This document shows positions 41,061 through 55,245 of a stretch of DNA of 64,000 bases, in pieces. The notes below the pieces were generated by a model that did no database searches, had not been told where the DNA came from, and saw only the letters and a list, made by a program, of their open reading frames with translations. The first letter of the stretch is position 1; the number at the start of each line of letters is the position of its first letter. Location: the NCBI GenBank assembly GCA_951406725.2, contig OX597824.1, positions 29,078,001 to 29,142,000 of the forward strand, given 5' to 3'. The stretch comes from Octopus vulgaris. Its lineage: Eukaryota. Both the position numbers and the translations under genes were made by a program.

Positions 41061-41915
41061 TTCTTACAATAACAAAACTTCGTCGTAACTGAAATTGAGG
41101 TAACTGATTAATTACAAGGATTTTGAAGAGAAACGTGATATCTTTCCATCATTGAATTCCCTGATCAATTAAATGATATCACGTGTGACAGAGAACGAGC
41201 CATTGCTAGAAACAAAGCGATTGATTTGATGTATGTTCAGATTATTAATAATATCACTTTTACTGATGTCGAAGATATTCACGGAAAGAATAATGAATAA
41301 CCCATTGCTATTCTGACGTACATTTTGCTGTATTGCTATCAGATCACATAAGAAACCGTTACAAATAGAGAAAAATTATCAGAACAACGAAAGAGCAATT
41401 AATAGCAGAATTTGTGGAATTCAAGAAAATTGCAGGTGATCCACGTCGGCTAGATGGAATTTAGTAACGGACGGAATTTATCAGATATTATCGAAAAGAA
41501 ATATTTCTTATATTTTTGGTATTAATGTTCTCCGGAGAATGATGACGAATAAAATCTAGCGAGTACGCGTGTTAGCACAAGTTATCATTTTAAAATAAGT
41601 TTTGGTTATTTCATCTCGTTGCTGATATCGGAATTAACGCCCTCTAAGAGTGTGGAAAATATGCCGTATATTTATCAATATCAAATATATGTGAGGTAAT
41701 TTTTTTATATTCAATTTAACATAGACGTCTTGTTAGAACATCGAATACTGCTTTAGACTTGAGGGATCGTCTTATATAGACGCTTGGTGCATAAAAGCAT
41801 ACACAGAGCGTAGCAGAATAGAAGCGTCTGTCATGAGAATTCCCCTGCTCGTGACAGACGACTCACGTCTGTAGCATTAACATCCTCTGAAGGATATTAA
41901 CGGAGAATTCATCTT

Positions 41916-42253
41916 CCATGTAAAGTTGGATATAAAGATTCCGTCGCTAGTAATTAAAATATACGTAAGTTAAATAGTTATGGTTTACGAATCCTTACAA
42001 TCTAATTAAAATTTGTAAGGTGATGAGAAAAAGGTACAAATGATAAGAATTTATTCAAATGGGGAACACTTATTTGGATTAATTTTCATACTACATGTAA
42101 AGTTGGATATAAAGTTTTCCATATAAAGTTGGATATAAAGATTCCGTCGCTAGTAATTAAAATATACGTAAGTTGAATAGTTAAGGTTTATCGATCCTTA
42201 CAATTTATTCAAGAATTTATTCAAATGGAGAACACTTCATTTGGATTAATTTT
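41916..42253. repeat. Local direct duplication (~135-170 bp units) with a short internal re-duplication
   Basis: TAAAGTTGGATATAAAGATTCCGTCGCTAGTAATTAAAATATACGTAAG occurs at 41921 and 42124, with a partial copy at ~42097. Confidence 0.9.
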
Positions 42254-42269
42254 GAAGAATCTTGCCTCT

Positions 42270-42465
42270 CACGATATAGAAACATTTCTCATGGCTCCAC
42301 CAGACGAAATGGAAAAGGCATTGCCCAGGAGAATGGCAAGGGAGAAGTGCTGGAACAGCCACTCTGACTCGTAACACTCGCACTTGCAGACTGCAATCTC
42401 TGCGTCGACAGCGGTGAGCAGAGATACGTTCGACCATAAACCTGTCGAAGAGCGACCGATACCTT
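42270..42465 (-). pseudogene. CRE-clade-like non-LTR retrotransposon ORF end
   Basis: ESEWLFQHFSLAILLGNAFSI resembles the C-terminal LFQRLSxAIQRGNAxSI motif of RLE/CRE elements. Confidence 0.5.
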
Positions 42466-42641
42466 GATAGTTTAAAAAGTATATCATTAATCAATGACTG
42501 ATAATATTTCAAATATTTCTACATTTACAAGGAGACGAACTCGGCGAAATTTGAACACCGAATATAAAGACACGAAATGCCTTTAAGTATCCTGTCCAGG
42601 GTGATATCAATTCCACTCGCTCGTCGTCTTAATGGTTTCCT

Positions 42642-42863
42642 ATTCTTTTACTTGTTTCAGTCATTTGACTGCGGCCATGCTGGAGCACCGCCTTTAGTCG
42701 AGCAAATCGACCCCAGAACTTTTGTAAGCCTAGTACTTATTCTATCAGTCTCTTTTGCCGAACCGCTAAGTTACGGGTACGTAAACACACCAGCATCGGT
42801 TGTCAAGCGAGGTTGGGGGGACAAACACACACAGACACACACATACACACACATACATACATA

Positions 42864-42916
<53 letters not shown>

Positions 42917-42977
42917 TTTATATATATATATATAAAATTATTTATATATATATATTATATTTCGGATGGTCATATTC

Positions 42978-43022
<45 letters not shown>

Positions 43023-43610
43023 ATATATGGTCCTTTGTTTTCTTCTCACTTACTTGTGTCTCTCCTTACTAACCGTCAGCCATTTTGCACAACAAATATT
43101 TAAACGTATATATATTATATTATAATTATATTATATTATAATATATTATATTATAAAAATAGGGTTCAGTAAAATAATTTATTTTACCACACACCGAACT
43201 TTTTAGAAATAGCAGCCAAAAAATTTAGCTATTTCTTCTACTGTAAGAAAAATCTCCCAGACAATGCATACTCAAAAATAACTCACACAGGTATAGAGGG
43301 AAAAATAACGAAAGATCACACCTATATAAGATAATCTGAGAACAGGCCCGTTTCTGGATTAGTTGATTATAAAGATCAACATTTCCTTCGTCAGCTCAAG
43401 GATTTTCTCAGATTTGGATTTGAAAGTACTAAAAAATCAAACATACCCGTCTGGTACGAGTAATCCCAGGCAAACCATATCAGACCGCCAGCACCAACGA
43501 ATTCAAAAATACAAGTGAGGCCCCGCATTCGTCCCCTCCTTCCCACGTGTGTTACAGAGTGATACATTTCTACACAGAGAACTGTAGTTAAAATTTCAGC
43601 GAGAGAGAAT

Positions 43611-43660
<50 letters not shown>

Positions 43661-43840
43661 TATATATACATATATACGACAGACTTCTTTCAGTTTCCAT
43701 CTATCAAATCCACTCACAAGGCTTTGGTCGGCCGGAGGCTATAGTAGAAGACACGTGCCCAAGGTGCCACGCAGTGGGATTGAGTCCGGAACCATGTGGT
43801 TGGTAAGCAAGCTACTTACCACACAGCCACTCCTGCGCCT
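42642..43840 (-). mobile_element. SINE family A split by a Penelope-like insert inside its internal microsatellite
   Basis: Tail half 42642-42840, head half 43676-43840; foreign sequence at ~42955-43610. Confidence 0.85.
43336..43399 (-). ncRNA. Candidate type-I hammerhead ribozyme, canonical core
   Basis: UGAG CUGACGA A GGA..GUUGAU-loop-AUCAAC..UCC A GAAA CGG-GC-CUG UU CUCA; all three stems pair. Confidence 0.72.
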
Positions 43841-44925
43841 ATATTAATGGTCATATAATGACCATACATATATTTTGCCAGGTATAGCGTAGCTAGGACA
43901 CCATTTCCAAATATGGCACATTCAAATGCAAAAGAATTAACATCAGGATCTGATTTGAGGGAGATATAGTTGCTATTTCTATTATATTTAGTGTTGAGGT
44001 TTCTTTGTTAGATCTAACAAAAGTAAGAAGTTAGAAGGAGAGGATGGAGAAGAAGAGTAAAAACGAGAGAAAAACAACAAAAACTGGTACAACAACAATA
44101 ATAAAGTTTTCAAAAACTAGAAGATTGTTTGTCCATTGATAAATAAATTGCCGTCCATTAAAGTTTGCTAGGAACGAGCTGAATAAAATGAAATTTACGA
44201 ATTCTTTATATTATTAATATATATATCACATTAATTATTATTAAATTTCAATGAGATTTTGAAAAACAAAATTGTCGTTGAAGAATGGGACAGATGGAAA
44301 TGTAAAGAGAAGTTTGAATTTTTACAATAGTATGAATAAAATGGCAGTATTGTGAAAATATACATGGAAGACAGTAAGGAAAATAAAAAAGAAAGCACTA
44401 ATGTCCATTGAACATATTCAACACTTATAATGAAGTTCATTACTTATTTCAAATGCTTACTGTACATTAATACAGATACACCCACCACACAAATACATAT
44501 GTATGTATATATGTATGTATATCAGTATATATATATATTAATTCTATTATTTATGTAAACGGTGTTTATATATATATGTGTGTGTGTGTTTAGCTGTATA
44601 TTTGTAGGTATATAAGTCGATATAAAAACAAACGAAACGAAGACATACACACACACATACATATGTATGTATGTGTGTGTGTAGGTATATACATATATTT
44701 GTATATGCTTACGTATACACGAATGTATATAAATATATACATAAATACATACATGTATATAACACACATGCACACAAACACACATATATATATAATTATA
44801 ATTTTATATGCATGTGTATATACAGTTTTATAAATATATGTATGTATAATTAATACATATATACATAAATATATGTATATCTATCTATCTATCTATCTAT
44901 CTATATCTATCTATCTATCTATCTA

Positions 44926-44978
<53 letters not shown>

Positions 44979-45457
44979 AGATAGATAGACGTAAATATAT
45001 AGATTTAAAGTGAGTATGTTTGTATGTATGTATATATTTTTGCATATAAATTGATAGATACCGACATATATGTAAAAATATACATGCAAACACGCATACA
45101 TATATATATATATATACGTATTAGTAATACGTGTATGTGTGTGTATATGTATGTATATATGTTTATATATATATATATAATACACTAAGCGTAAATATTC
45201 AGAGAATATATTGTTCCATACATTTTATATATCATCGGACAATAAACTTTGATGACCAATATTCTAAAGGAACCCGAAGCATTGTCTGTTATAAACAATG
45301 GTAAAACTGGAGCCACTGAATCTGAAAATTAAAAGTTTGCAATATTAAATTCACAAGAAATCTTTGAAAAAATTCTCTTTGTCTATGACAAATAAAAATT
45401 TAAACACACACCTGATCAGACAACATCCACATAAATACGTACATGCACCTGATGTAT

Positions 45458-45497
<40 letters not shown>

Positions 45498-45557
45498 TAT
45501 ATATATATATATAATATATATGTATGTATATATGTATATCATATATATATATCTATT

Positions 45558-45593
<36 letters not shown>

Positions 45594-45681
45594 TATAGAT
45601 GTGTGTGTGTATGTATAGATAAATAGATAGACAGACAGATAGATAGATAAATAAAGAGAGAGAGAGACATACATACATATT

Positions 45682-45714
<33 letters not shown>

Positions 45715-46086
45715 GTGTGCATCTCTAGATATTCTAGTAAATACGTACTCATTAGATACATCTATTATTAAATTTATTTATTCATCCATACTATTGTAAA
45801 TTAACATTTATATACACACAGTAATAGATATCTTAAACACGTACACATAGATACATGCTAACACACCACACACATACACACACAAACAGATAGAACTGTA
45901 TTTGTACGCATGCCCTTACATGTATGTACATATTTGTATGTGATTTGTATTACACGTGTGCTTTCGTGCTTGTGTGTGCATATAGTTATTGATGTTTGCT
46001 TTTACAAGCAGGGTTACGGTGTTCAATACATAATAAAGAACGTGTAAAATCTTTAAAAGTGGAAGTTTCGCAATTTCTAACTGATT

Positions 46087-46306
46087 TTACTCTTTTTACT
46101 CTTTTACTTGTTTCAGTCATTTGACTGCGGCCATGCTGGAGCACCGCCTTTAGTCGAGCAAATCGACCCCGGGACTTATTATTTTGTAAGCCCAGTACTT
46201 ATTCTATCGGTCTCTTTTTGCCGAACCGTTAAGTAACGGGGACAAAAACACACCTGCATCGGTTCTCAAGCAATGCCAGGGGGACAAACACAGACACACA
46301 AACACA

Positions 46307-46378
<72 letters not shown>

Positions 46379-46542
46379 TGCGACGGGCTTCTTTCAGTTT
46401 CCGTCTACCAAATCCACTCACAAAGCTTTGGTCGGCCCGAGGCTATAGTAGAAGACACTTGCCCAAGGTGCGACGCAGTGGGACTGAGCCCGGAACCATG
46501 TGGTTGGTAAACAAGCTACTTACGACACAGCTACTCCTGTGC
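46087..46542 (-). mobile_element. SINE family A, near full length
   Basis: Near-consensus reverse complement. Confidence 0.92.
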
Positions 46543-46957
46543 CATTTCTCATCTGCAATTGTTTAAACGACTGAAGAAAGGAGATTAGCATTACAATATT
46601 TAAGTAAAACTATTTGTAAGCACATCCAAGTATGATTTAGCAACACCAAATTGGCATTTTATTGCTGAATAAAATCGTTAGAATATATGTCGGATAATTA
46701 TTCATTAATCAACACGTATAGAATATCGATGCTATCTGTTAACGTATTACTGCTATATGTTGAAGTGTGAAAACTGTTGTTTTATTATGTCTTCAATAGT
46801 ATATATGAAAAATCTGGTGAGCATTGGTGGTGACACGAATTTTCAGTTTACTATTGAATAACTGCTTTAAAATAATTTTTAAAAACTGTGTTGCTGGTAT
46901 GGAACATTGATTTCGTTTACAATATTATTAATCAATTGTTAGTTTGAAATTTCTCAA

Positions 46958-47310
46958 CAACATTTTCTGGCGGTGTCATATGAAAATATCCCTGTTACTT
47001 ATGACATATTTCATATCAGTTACGTTCGTATGAATAAAATATTATCGTTATTAAACTTTTATTTATAAACACATATTCTAAGTTCACAACATATGAAGTT
47101 TTAATTTTCCTCTCAACTCTAACCCTAACCCTAAAACAGATTGAAATGCAATAGATCGATACGAGGGTCATAATTATGGGTGGACAATAAAGAGGGAACG
47201 GTTTGGTTATCCAGGTCTGTTTACGAGTGACCCCTCATTTTATGGCCACGGTATCTTTTTTTTCTTATAAATAACAGAGACATTTTCATATGACACCGCC
47301 ACAAAATGTT
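46958..47310. mobile_element. Inverted-repeat element (~39 bp arms) with internal CCCTAA units, probably part of a larger non-autonomous DNA transposon
   Basis: AACATTTTCTGGCGGTGTCATATGAAAAT versus ATTTTCATATGACACCGCCACAAAATGTT; CTAACCCTAACCCTAA at ~47119. Confidence 0.65.
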
Positions 47311-48712
47311 TACGGCAGAAATTGTTTTCAACTCAATAGACGTCATTGATTAGTTGAAATTGCCGAAATGCAAGAAAATAAACAACAAATATCTTACAAA
47401 CTACAGAATTTTCTCAAGAAAGCCAAGAGAAAAAGATGTTTTATAAACACATTCTGCCAGTATACGAAGTTTAAAATTTTTTAGTTACAAAGAAATTTTT
47501 TTTAAAAATCTGCCGGTCAAAGCGAAAAGATCCTGTCTCCGCTTCTCGTGACATACGGAGAGGTTTTCTACAAATCCGTGGAGTAAAATCGTTTCCGCGT
47601 TTAAAGGGTTAACGAAGTGTTTTACTTTTGCATTTTGTTTGCAAGATTCTTGATACGAACTCCGGTCTTAAAACAGATTTGTTGTATCTCAGAAGGGACT
47701 TTATGCCAGTAATCCAATCATAAATACAGGCACTGTGCGTGTGTTTCTTACTGGCATAATCACCCTCCAGAGATGCAAAAGAAAGACAAACTGTTATATA
47801 AGAGAGAAGCTTTTATAAATGATCGGAAACTGAAAGTTTACAAACTCTACATTTCATCTATCAACATTTTATAATCATTCGAATTACTTTCCCACGTGGG
47901 CGTCATAGTTTTTCTTTAAAATCTAAACCATTCCCGAATTAATCTTGGGCAGGGTATAAATATCTTTACGTCTTTTTTTTTTCATATGGTAATGGCTACG
48001 ATTTGACTCACTCTAAAATTATTGTTATAATATCTAAATATATCTTCTTGTCAGTATTTTTTTTTCTTCATTCCTCTATTTATTTAAATAACAACTATAA
48101 AGTTTAGTCTCTCTCCTCGTCTTACATCAACACCTGTATCATCTGATCTGACAAACAGGAAGGTGCAGGTGTGAATTTGACCTAAAATTTCTTCACAGAC
48201 GTAAACATGTTTCGGTTTAAATATTCTGTAATATAATTCATTGTTAATGTTTAGTCAAAAGATATCAAATTTGCATTCTTACTAGCTCACCTCTCTTTTC
48301 AGGTCAATTGTATTGATGTTATTTCACTGAATAACTCCCCTATAAGGGGGTCGACCGCCCTCCTATTTCCTGGCCATTATACTTTTACCGATTAACTCTA
48401 ATCTTGCTTGTCTGTTCGTTTGAAGATAACTTTTAAAATGTACCGGTTTATTCCATCTTTTTTCCTTTAAAGATTGGAATTCAAATAGAAAAATTCTGTT
48501 GCAGCCTTTTAACTTAACATCTTCGTATGTCAGGGATCCTCAAACAACCTGCCACAGCCACGTGGCTTTTTTTTTATATCAGGCCGCACAAGAAGAATAA
48601 ATTTTAAAATTATATTTCTATTTTTAAACTGTTTTTAGCGTGTTTCTTTTGTTTTTGCATTTCATAGGTAAAACACACACACACACACACACACATACAC
48701 ACACACACACAT

Positions 48713-48744
<32 letters not shown>

Positions 48745-48954
48745 TTGTCCTGTACTCCATTTTTTGTTGTTTTTAAAAAAATGTCCAGTTCCTTTGGTTT
48801 GTGTCTATGTTTTCGTTTCTCTTTGTGTTCGACGTCCCTTTGGTGTCCTGTACTCATATATGCGTGTATATGTACATGTAGAGGTAGGTACGTACATATA
48901 TGTTTATATATATGCATATGTTTTATTTCATTTATTAATATATATATATATAGT

Positions 48955-49220
48955 TCAAATTTATAGAATAACAAAGACGAAGGCAGATGTATGTACAACT
49001 AGCAAGTGTATTAGTTTGACACGCAGGAAAAATAGAAAAATGTTTTATGTTTCGAGCCTACGCTCTTCGACAGAAGGGAATAAGAGGAAATATACTGAGA
49101 GAGAATGAAAAAGGCGTGTTCAGTGGTCCAACATCGCGAATGATTTGAAAAAACAAAAGAGGTTCAATGAAAGGGAGATAATTCATGGTGATCACAGTAA
49201 GAGGATGGGCGCAAGCGTTT
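48955..49220 (-). mobile_element. Penelope-like fragment with hammerhead motif (49042-49078)
   Basis: Minus strand CTGTCGA A GAGCGTAGGCTC GAAA CA TA; downstream CTGCCTTCGTCTTTG matches the 15.1 kb copy. Confidence 0.62.
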
Positions 49221-49417
49221 GTGCATATGCGAGGATGGTGTGTGTGAGTGTGTGAATGTGTATGTGTGAATGGGGACGAATGCGTTTGACGTGTGTGTGT
49301 GTGTGTGTTTCGTGTGTAGCAGTTCATGTATGCTTTTACACGTGGTGAGTCTACATGTGTTTGTATGTGTGAGTGTGCATGTGTATAGTGTATACATTTG
49401 TGTGTGTCTGTGTGTGA

Positions 49418-49462
<45 letters not shown>

Positions 49463-50179
49463 CGCTAATATCGAACAGTAAGAAGTGCTCAGCACCGCCG
49501 CATTGATACACATATTTTTATTTGTGGGTTTAGATGGCTACCAATGGTTTTATATTAAATGAGGAATCTTCACAATTATCGATCCCACCACATGGGAAAG
49601 TTGTGTACGCGTCTGTGTGCGTGTGTGTCTGTGTGTCTGTGTGTGCATGTGTGTGTGTGTGTTTAATCCATTCTATTATTGGCAAAAGGCCTGAAATTTG
49701 GAGGGATTAGTCTATTATATCACTGGTACTTGTTTCATCGACCCCTAAAGGATGGAAGGCAAAGCTGACCACGGTGGAATCTGAACTTAAAATATGAAGA
49801 CGAACAAAATGCTGATAAGCATTATGTCCGGCGTGCTAACAACTCTGCCAGCCACTCCAACATTGTATTTATTATATATGTAATAATTAAATCATATATT
49901 AGGTACCTTATAGAGTTTTATTATGCACGTGATCCCCGATGCGTGACAGAATTGTCTTACATGAAATTGATCCGTTATGAAAGTCAGGGATTGTTGCTAT
50001 ATGAGATTGGAAGCCATTTGCGTCAACATGAAGTTGCTATTGATGTCGTCATCATCGTCATTGATATTAGAAGGTCAGTAACATATCGTTACGGTCGAGC
50101 TGGTTAAACCTGTTATGAAGGGCAGTCCGGCCATGACCATCCTCCTTAAATCTGACCTCAGCAACTTTTATTTTTCATT

Positions 50180-50770
50180 ATTTTGTTTCAGTTATTGGAA
50201 TGCGGCCATGTCGGATCACTGCCTTCAAGTGTTTTACTCCAAGAAATTGTCCTCTGTACCTATCTTTAAGTCTAGTGCTTATTCTTTTCTACTCTAGGCA
50301 CACGGCCCGAAATTTTGGAGGAGGGGGCCAGCAAATTAGATCGACCCCTATACGCAACTGGTACTTAATTTATCGACCCCGAAAGGATGAAAGGCAAAGT
50401 CGACCTCTGTGGAATTTGAACACACAACGTAACGGCAGACGAAATACCTATTTCTTTACTACCCACAAGGGGCTAAACACAGAGGGGACAAACAGGGACA
50501 AACAGGGACAGATAAACGTATTAAGTCGATTATTTCTACCCCAGTGCGTAACTGGTACTTAATTTATCGATCCTGAAAGGATGAAAGGAAAAGTCGACAT
50601 CAGCGGAATTTGAACTCAGAACGTAAAGACAGACGAAATAACGCTAAGCATTTCGCCCGGCGTGCTAACATTTCTGCCATCTCGCCACCTTAGTCTTATT
50701 CTATCAGAACCCTTTTTATCGAACCGTAAAGTTATGGGGACATAACCAAAGCAATACCGGCTGTCAAACG
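50180..50770 (-). mobile_element. Nested SINEs: two family B copies (50286-50690) inside a decayed family A copy
   Basis: Family A sequence resumes after 50690; approximate duplication TAGT(G)CTTATTCT flanks the insert. Confidence 0.75.
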
Positions 50771-51114
50771 GGGTATATTGGAAGACAGAGACACAAATAC
50801 TATTATCTATACATACACGCGCGCGCAGGCCAACACAAAACCTGACATATAAACGTTCACTTACATGGAGATGATGGTGACGGTGGTGGTGGTAGTGGCG
50901 ATGGTGGTGATGATCGTCGACAGATAATAATGGAGGTGGCGTTAGGGGTTGTGGTGGTAGTAGTGGTGGTGATGGTGATGGTGATTAAGGAAGGAACGGT
51001 TACGGTGTTGAGTCACACGACAGGAAGCCAGAAAAGAAAAATAAAAAAAATAAAATCCTTGCTATACGTATTATGTTGCGGGAAGGTGGGAAGAAACTAT
51101 GTCAGAACTATCTC

Positions 51115-51156
<42 letters not shown>

Positions 51157-52000
51157 TCTCTCTCTCTCTCTCTTCTTTTCGTCTACGGTAGATAAAAGTA
51201 TAATTGGTTAATTGTTTACAACACGCACGCGCACACACATACACGTATATCATTGATCAAGTTTTACTTATACAAAAAAATCAAGATTGTCACAGAGACG
51301 GGGGTTACCTACATCCTTTCGTTTAGACTTTTTTTTTATGATACACTCATACACACCTATTGACTTACACGCACGCGCCCGTTCAAATTTTTGTTTTTAT
51401 GCTCAGTTATAATACTCTCAAATTTAGTCACAAGGCCAGTAATTTTCGGGGAGAAGGTGTGAAGTCGGTTACATTGTGTCTTGTGCTCATCTTGTATATA
51501 GTTTATCAACTCCGAAAGAATAAAAGGCAAAGTCGACCTCGGTGGAATTTGAACTCAGAATGTAAAGTCGAATCATTTTGCCCAGCGTGCTAGCGACTCT
51601 GCCAGCTCATTATCTTACATTCAGTTACAAGAAAGACAATTTTACATGAATCTGATGGGTTACTCTATACTTTTGTACAGTACAAATTTATTATTCTTAA
51701 ACAAGAATATCATTGACCGGAACTTCGAAGTCACAGTAAATTATATTCTTCTTTAAGTTTAATATATGCTATAATATATGTAATATATATATACATATTG
51801 TGTATGTATATATATATGTGTGAGTGTGTGTATGTGTATTTACACACACATATATATATATATATATTTCACGTGATTACGTGACCGACCAGGCTATCAG
51901 ATGTTGCTACACATCGCTGGTCACAATGCGCTACGCATTGTTTTAGCCTTCAAACGACGCCACCCCGCTGGCTAAGCGAGCAGGCCAATATATATATGTA

Positions 52001-52036
<36 letters not shown>

Positions 52037-52198
52037 TGTATGTATGTATGTATGTATGTATTTACATATGTGTATATATATATGTATATATACGTATATG
52101 TGTGTATATATGTATATATATATATGTATATGCATTCATGTGTAAATTTGAACTATATATATTTATATACATACATGCCGACATACATGTATGCTTAT

Positions 52199-52237
<39 letters not shown>

Positions 52238-52238
<1 letters not shown>

Positions 52239-52466
52239 TTTATTTAAAGCAGCAGAAAATTCAACAAAACCTTTTACTTTGAGTTTCCCGTTGCCGTTCA
52301 TCGGACAGTTTTTGCTAGAAAAAATGTCCGATGAATGGCAACGGGAAACTCAGAGTAACAGGTTTTGTTGAATTTTCTGCTGCTTTAAATAAAGCATATT
52401 ACTCTACCACTGGTATTTGAGTACTCTTTTTTCCACATTGTTTCACATTTATGTGTTTACACCGGT

Positions 52467-52468
<2 letters not shown>
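52238..52468 (+). mobile_element. Penelope-like inverted-repeat element (~70 bp arms plus tail) with hammerhead-like motif at 52325-52360
   Basis: 52238-52307 versus 52325-52394; UGU CCGAUGA A UG-GCAA-CG G GAAA CUC-A-GAG UA ACA; in (TA)n. Confidence 0.68.
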
Positions 52469-52522
<54 letters not shown>

Positions 52523-53069
52523 TCGTTCATACATACATTTATGTGTGCGTTTGTATGTGTGTGTTTGTGTGTATGTGTGTGTGTGTGTGTGTGCGTGTGC
52601 GTGTGTGAGTATGTGTACGTTTGTATGCAAATATATACCTACACCTAATACTTTTGTCATCTTTCCCGACATATTCAAACCAGCTCCGAACTACTTGCAA
52701 GCCTGTTAGCACTCAGTATCTCTTGGCTCGTGTCTAATTAGTTGTTTATGAATGCATGACAATCTGTCAGTAGCTATCACCTTATACTATTTCACTCCTT
52801 AACTAATAAAACGATTTGTAGTTGTCACTTTCCATCAAGTTCAAAACCGAAAAAAAAGACAAAAACAAAAAAAAAACATTTTACAGTGACGTGAATACGA
52901 CCTCAACAACGTTGATACGATATTAAGCAAAACGTTTCGGTAAGTTATCTTGCAAATCTTGACCTCAGAAATGAATAGTTATTTCATCATTTCCTTCGCA
53001 CGTAATTATTATCGTACATTTTGTATATAGCAAGACGTTTCCAAACTCAATATGTTCGCAGTTAGAAAC

Positions 53070-53198
53070 GGAGCTGTTGAGTCGGAGTCGGAAACAATTA
53101 GTGGGTAACTGGAGTCGGAGTCGGTCAAACAGACCCACAGTCACTTAATTACATAGAGGTGTTGGAGTCGAAATTTTTTGCTTCGACTCCACAACCCT
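53070..53198. mobile_element. MITE remnant with (GGAGTC)n subterminal repeats, hAT-like
   Basis: GAGTCGGAGTCGG twice, plus an inverted end CGACTCCACAACCCT. Confidence 0.5.
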
Positions 53199-53368
53199 TG
53201 TTAGAGGGGCCTCGGTGCTGGAATGCCTGTGTGGTAAGAAGCTTGCTTTCCTAGCCATATGGCTCTGGGCTCAGTTGCACTTCGTGGCACTTTGGGTGGG
53301 TGTCTTCTGCTATAGCCTTGTATTTGGTAAATAAAAACCGAAAGAAATCCGTTGTGCGTGCATATATG

Positions 53369-53907
<539 letters not shown>

Positions 53908-54173
53908 GTGAGTGTGTGTGCGTGTGTGTTTGTGTGTGTCTTTGTGTCTGCGTTTGTCCTCCAACATTGCTTATCAACCGCTGTTGATGTGGTTCCGTCC
54001 CCGTAACCTAGCAGTTCGGCAAAAGTTCACGATACAATAAATAATACGCTTTGAAAGAAGACGTAAGTACTGGTGTGGATTCTTTTGACAAAAAAAATGT
54101 TTAATGCGCTGCCCCAGCATGGCGTCATCTAATGAATGAAACAGATAAAAGATATCATATATACATACACATG

Positions 54174-54482
54174 TGGAGGCGCAATGGCCTAGTGGTTAGG
54201 GTAGCGGACTCGCGGTCGTAGGATCGCGGTTTCGATTCTTAGACCGGGCGTTGTGAGTGTTTATCGAGCAAAAACACCTAAAAGCTCCACGAGGGTCCGG
54301 CAGGGCGTGGTGATCCCTGCTGTACTCTTTCAACACAACTTTCTCTCACTCTTTCTTCTGTTGGCCTGCTCGCTTAGCCAGCGGGGTGGCGTCATTTGAA
54401 GGCTAAAACAATGCGAACGCATTGTGACCAGCGATGTGTAACTACATCTGATAGCCTGGTTGGTCACGGTGATCACGGTGAT
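54174..54482 (+). mobile_element. tRNA-derived SINE (OR-like, tail type 2), full length
   Basis: A-box TGGCCTAGTGG, B-box GTTTCGATTC; tail ends (CACGGTGAT)2; a tail fragment also lies at 51870-51988 (-). Confidence 0.85.
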
Positions 54483-54522
54483 ATACATACACATATATAT
54501 ATATTTATATATATACATACGT

Positions 54523-54553
<31 letters not shown>

Positions 54554-54735
54554 TGTTCGTTGTATGTCTTGATCAGATTAGAACAGACGATGACTACTTT
54601 GTTTTCTTTTCTGTGTTTCATTGAAAAGGAAGTTATACAGCAAGCAACAGGTGTAGCGAAGGTGAATCCTATTTTCCTCCCTCTTTCACATTTTCATACC
54701 CATTTACCTGTGAGTATATATCGCGTGTGCGTGTG

Positions 54736-54782
<47 letters not shown>

Positions 54783-54978
54783 GCAATATTTTGGGCTCTT
54801 TCTTCCTTCTTTCCTCACACTCCCTGTTTTCTATCTTTTTCTGTCTCTTCCTCCTCCCTCTCTCCTTCCTCCCTCTCTTTCTCTCTCATTCTCACTCTCC
54901 CTCTCTCTTATCGCTTATCTCTTTTACCCCCAAATCTTTTAAACACACGTATAAACATAGCCTAACCATTCCTGTCAT

Positions 54979-55245
54979 TATAAAATAAACTTTCCTAAGC
55001 AGCGCATGCGCCCGCATTAAATTAATTTACACATCCAAACACATTGGCACCGTTAAAAAATACAGACGATTCTTCGTTCTTCGTTCTTCGTTCTTCGCAT
55101 TTTCTCTTCACACATGCACCGCTCGTAGAAATTAGTAAGTTTTCGTTTTATGACGTATGTACTGCAGTCGATGAGCGGCGGTGGAGTCGATTAGACAGAA
55201 GGCTGGATGGAAGTTGAGGAGATGGATGGCGGCCATGTTTTTTAG
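54979..55245 (+). promoter_or_regulatory. Candidate Pol II promoter and first non-coding exon
   Basis: TATAAAA at 54979, NRF1-type palindrome GCGCATGCGC at 55002-55011, donor-like GTAAGT at 55135, YY1-like ATGGCGGCCATGTT at ~55226; locally CpG-rich unique sequence. Confidence 0.4.

Noticed and set aside
41825-41860. 13 bp stem-loop CGTCTGTCATGAG/CTCGTGACAGACG
   Set aside because: Isolated, with no supporting context.
47119-47136. Telomere or interstitial telomeric array
   Set aside because: Only two to three CCCTAA units, inside a transposon-like inverted repeat.
53070-53198. CRISPR-like repeat array
   Set aside because: Short irregular GGAGTC repeats in eukaryotic DNA, with no spacer periodicity and no cas genes.
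54174-54250. tRNA gene
   Set aside because: The tRNA-like sequence continues into a SINE body and recurs elsewhere, so it is a SINE head.
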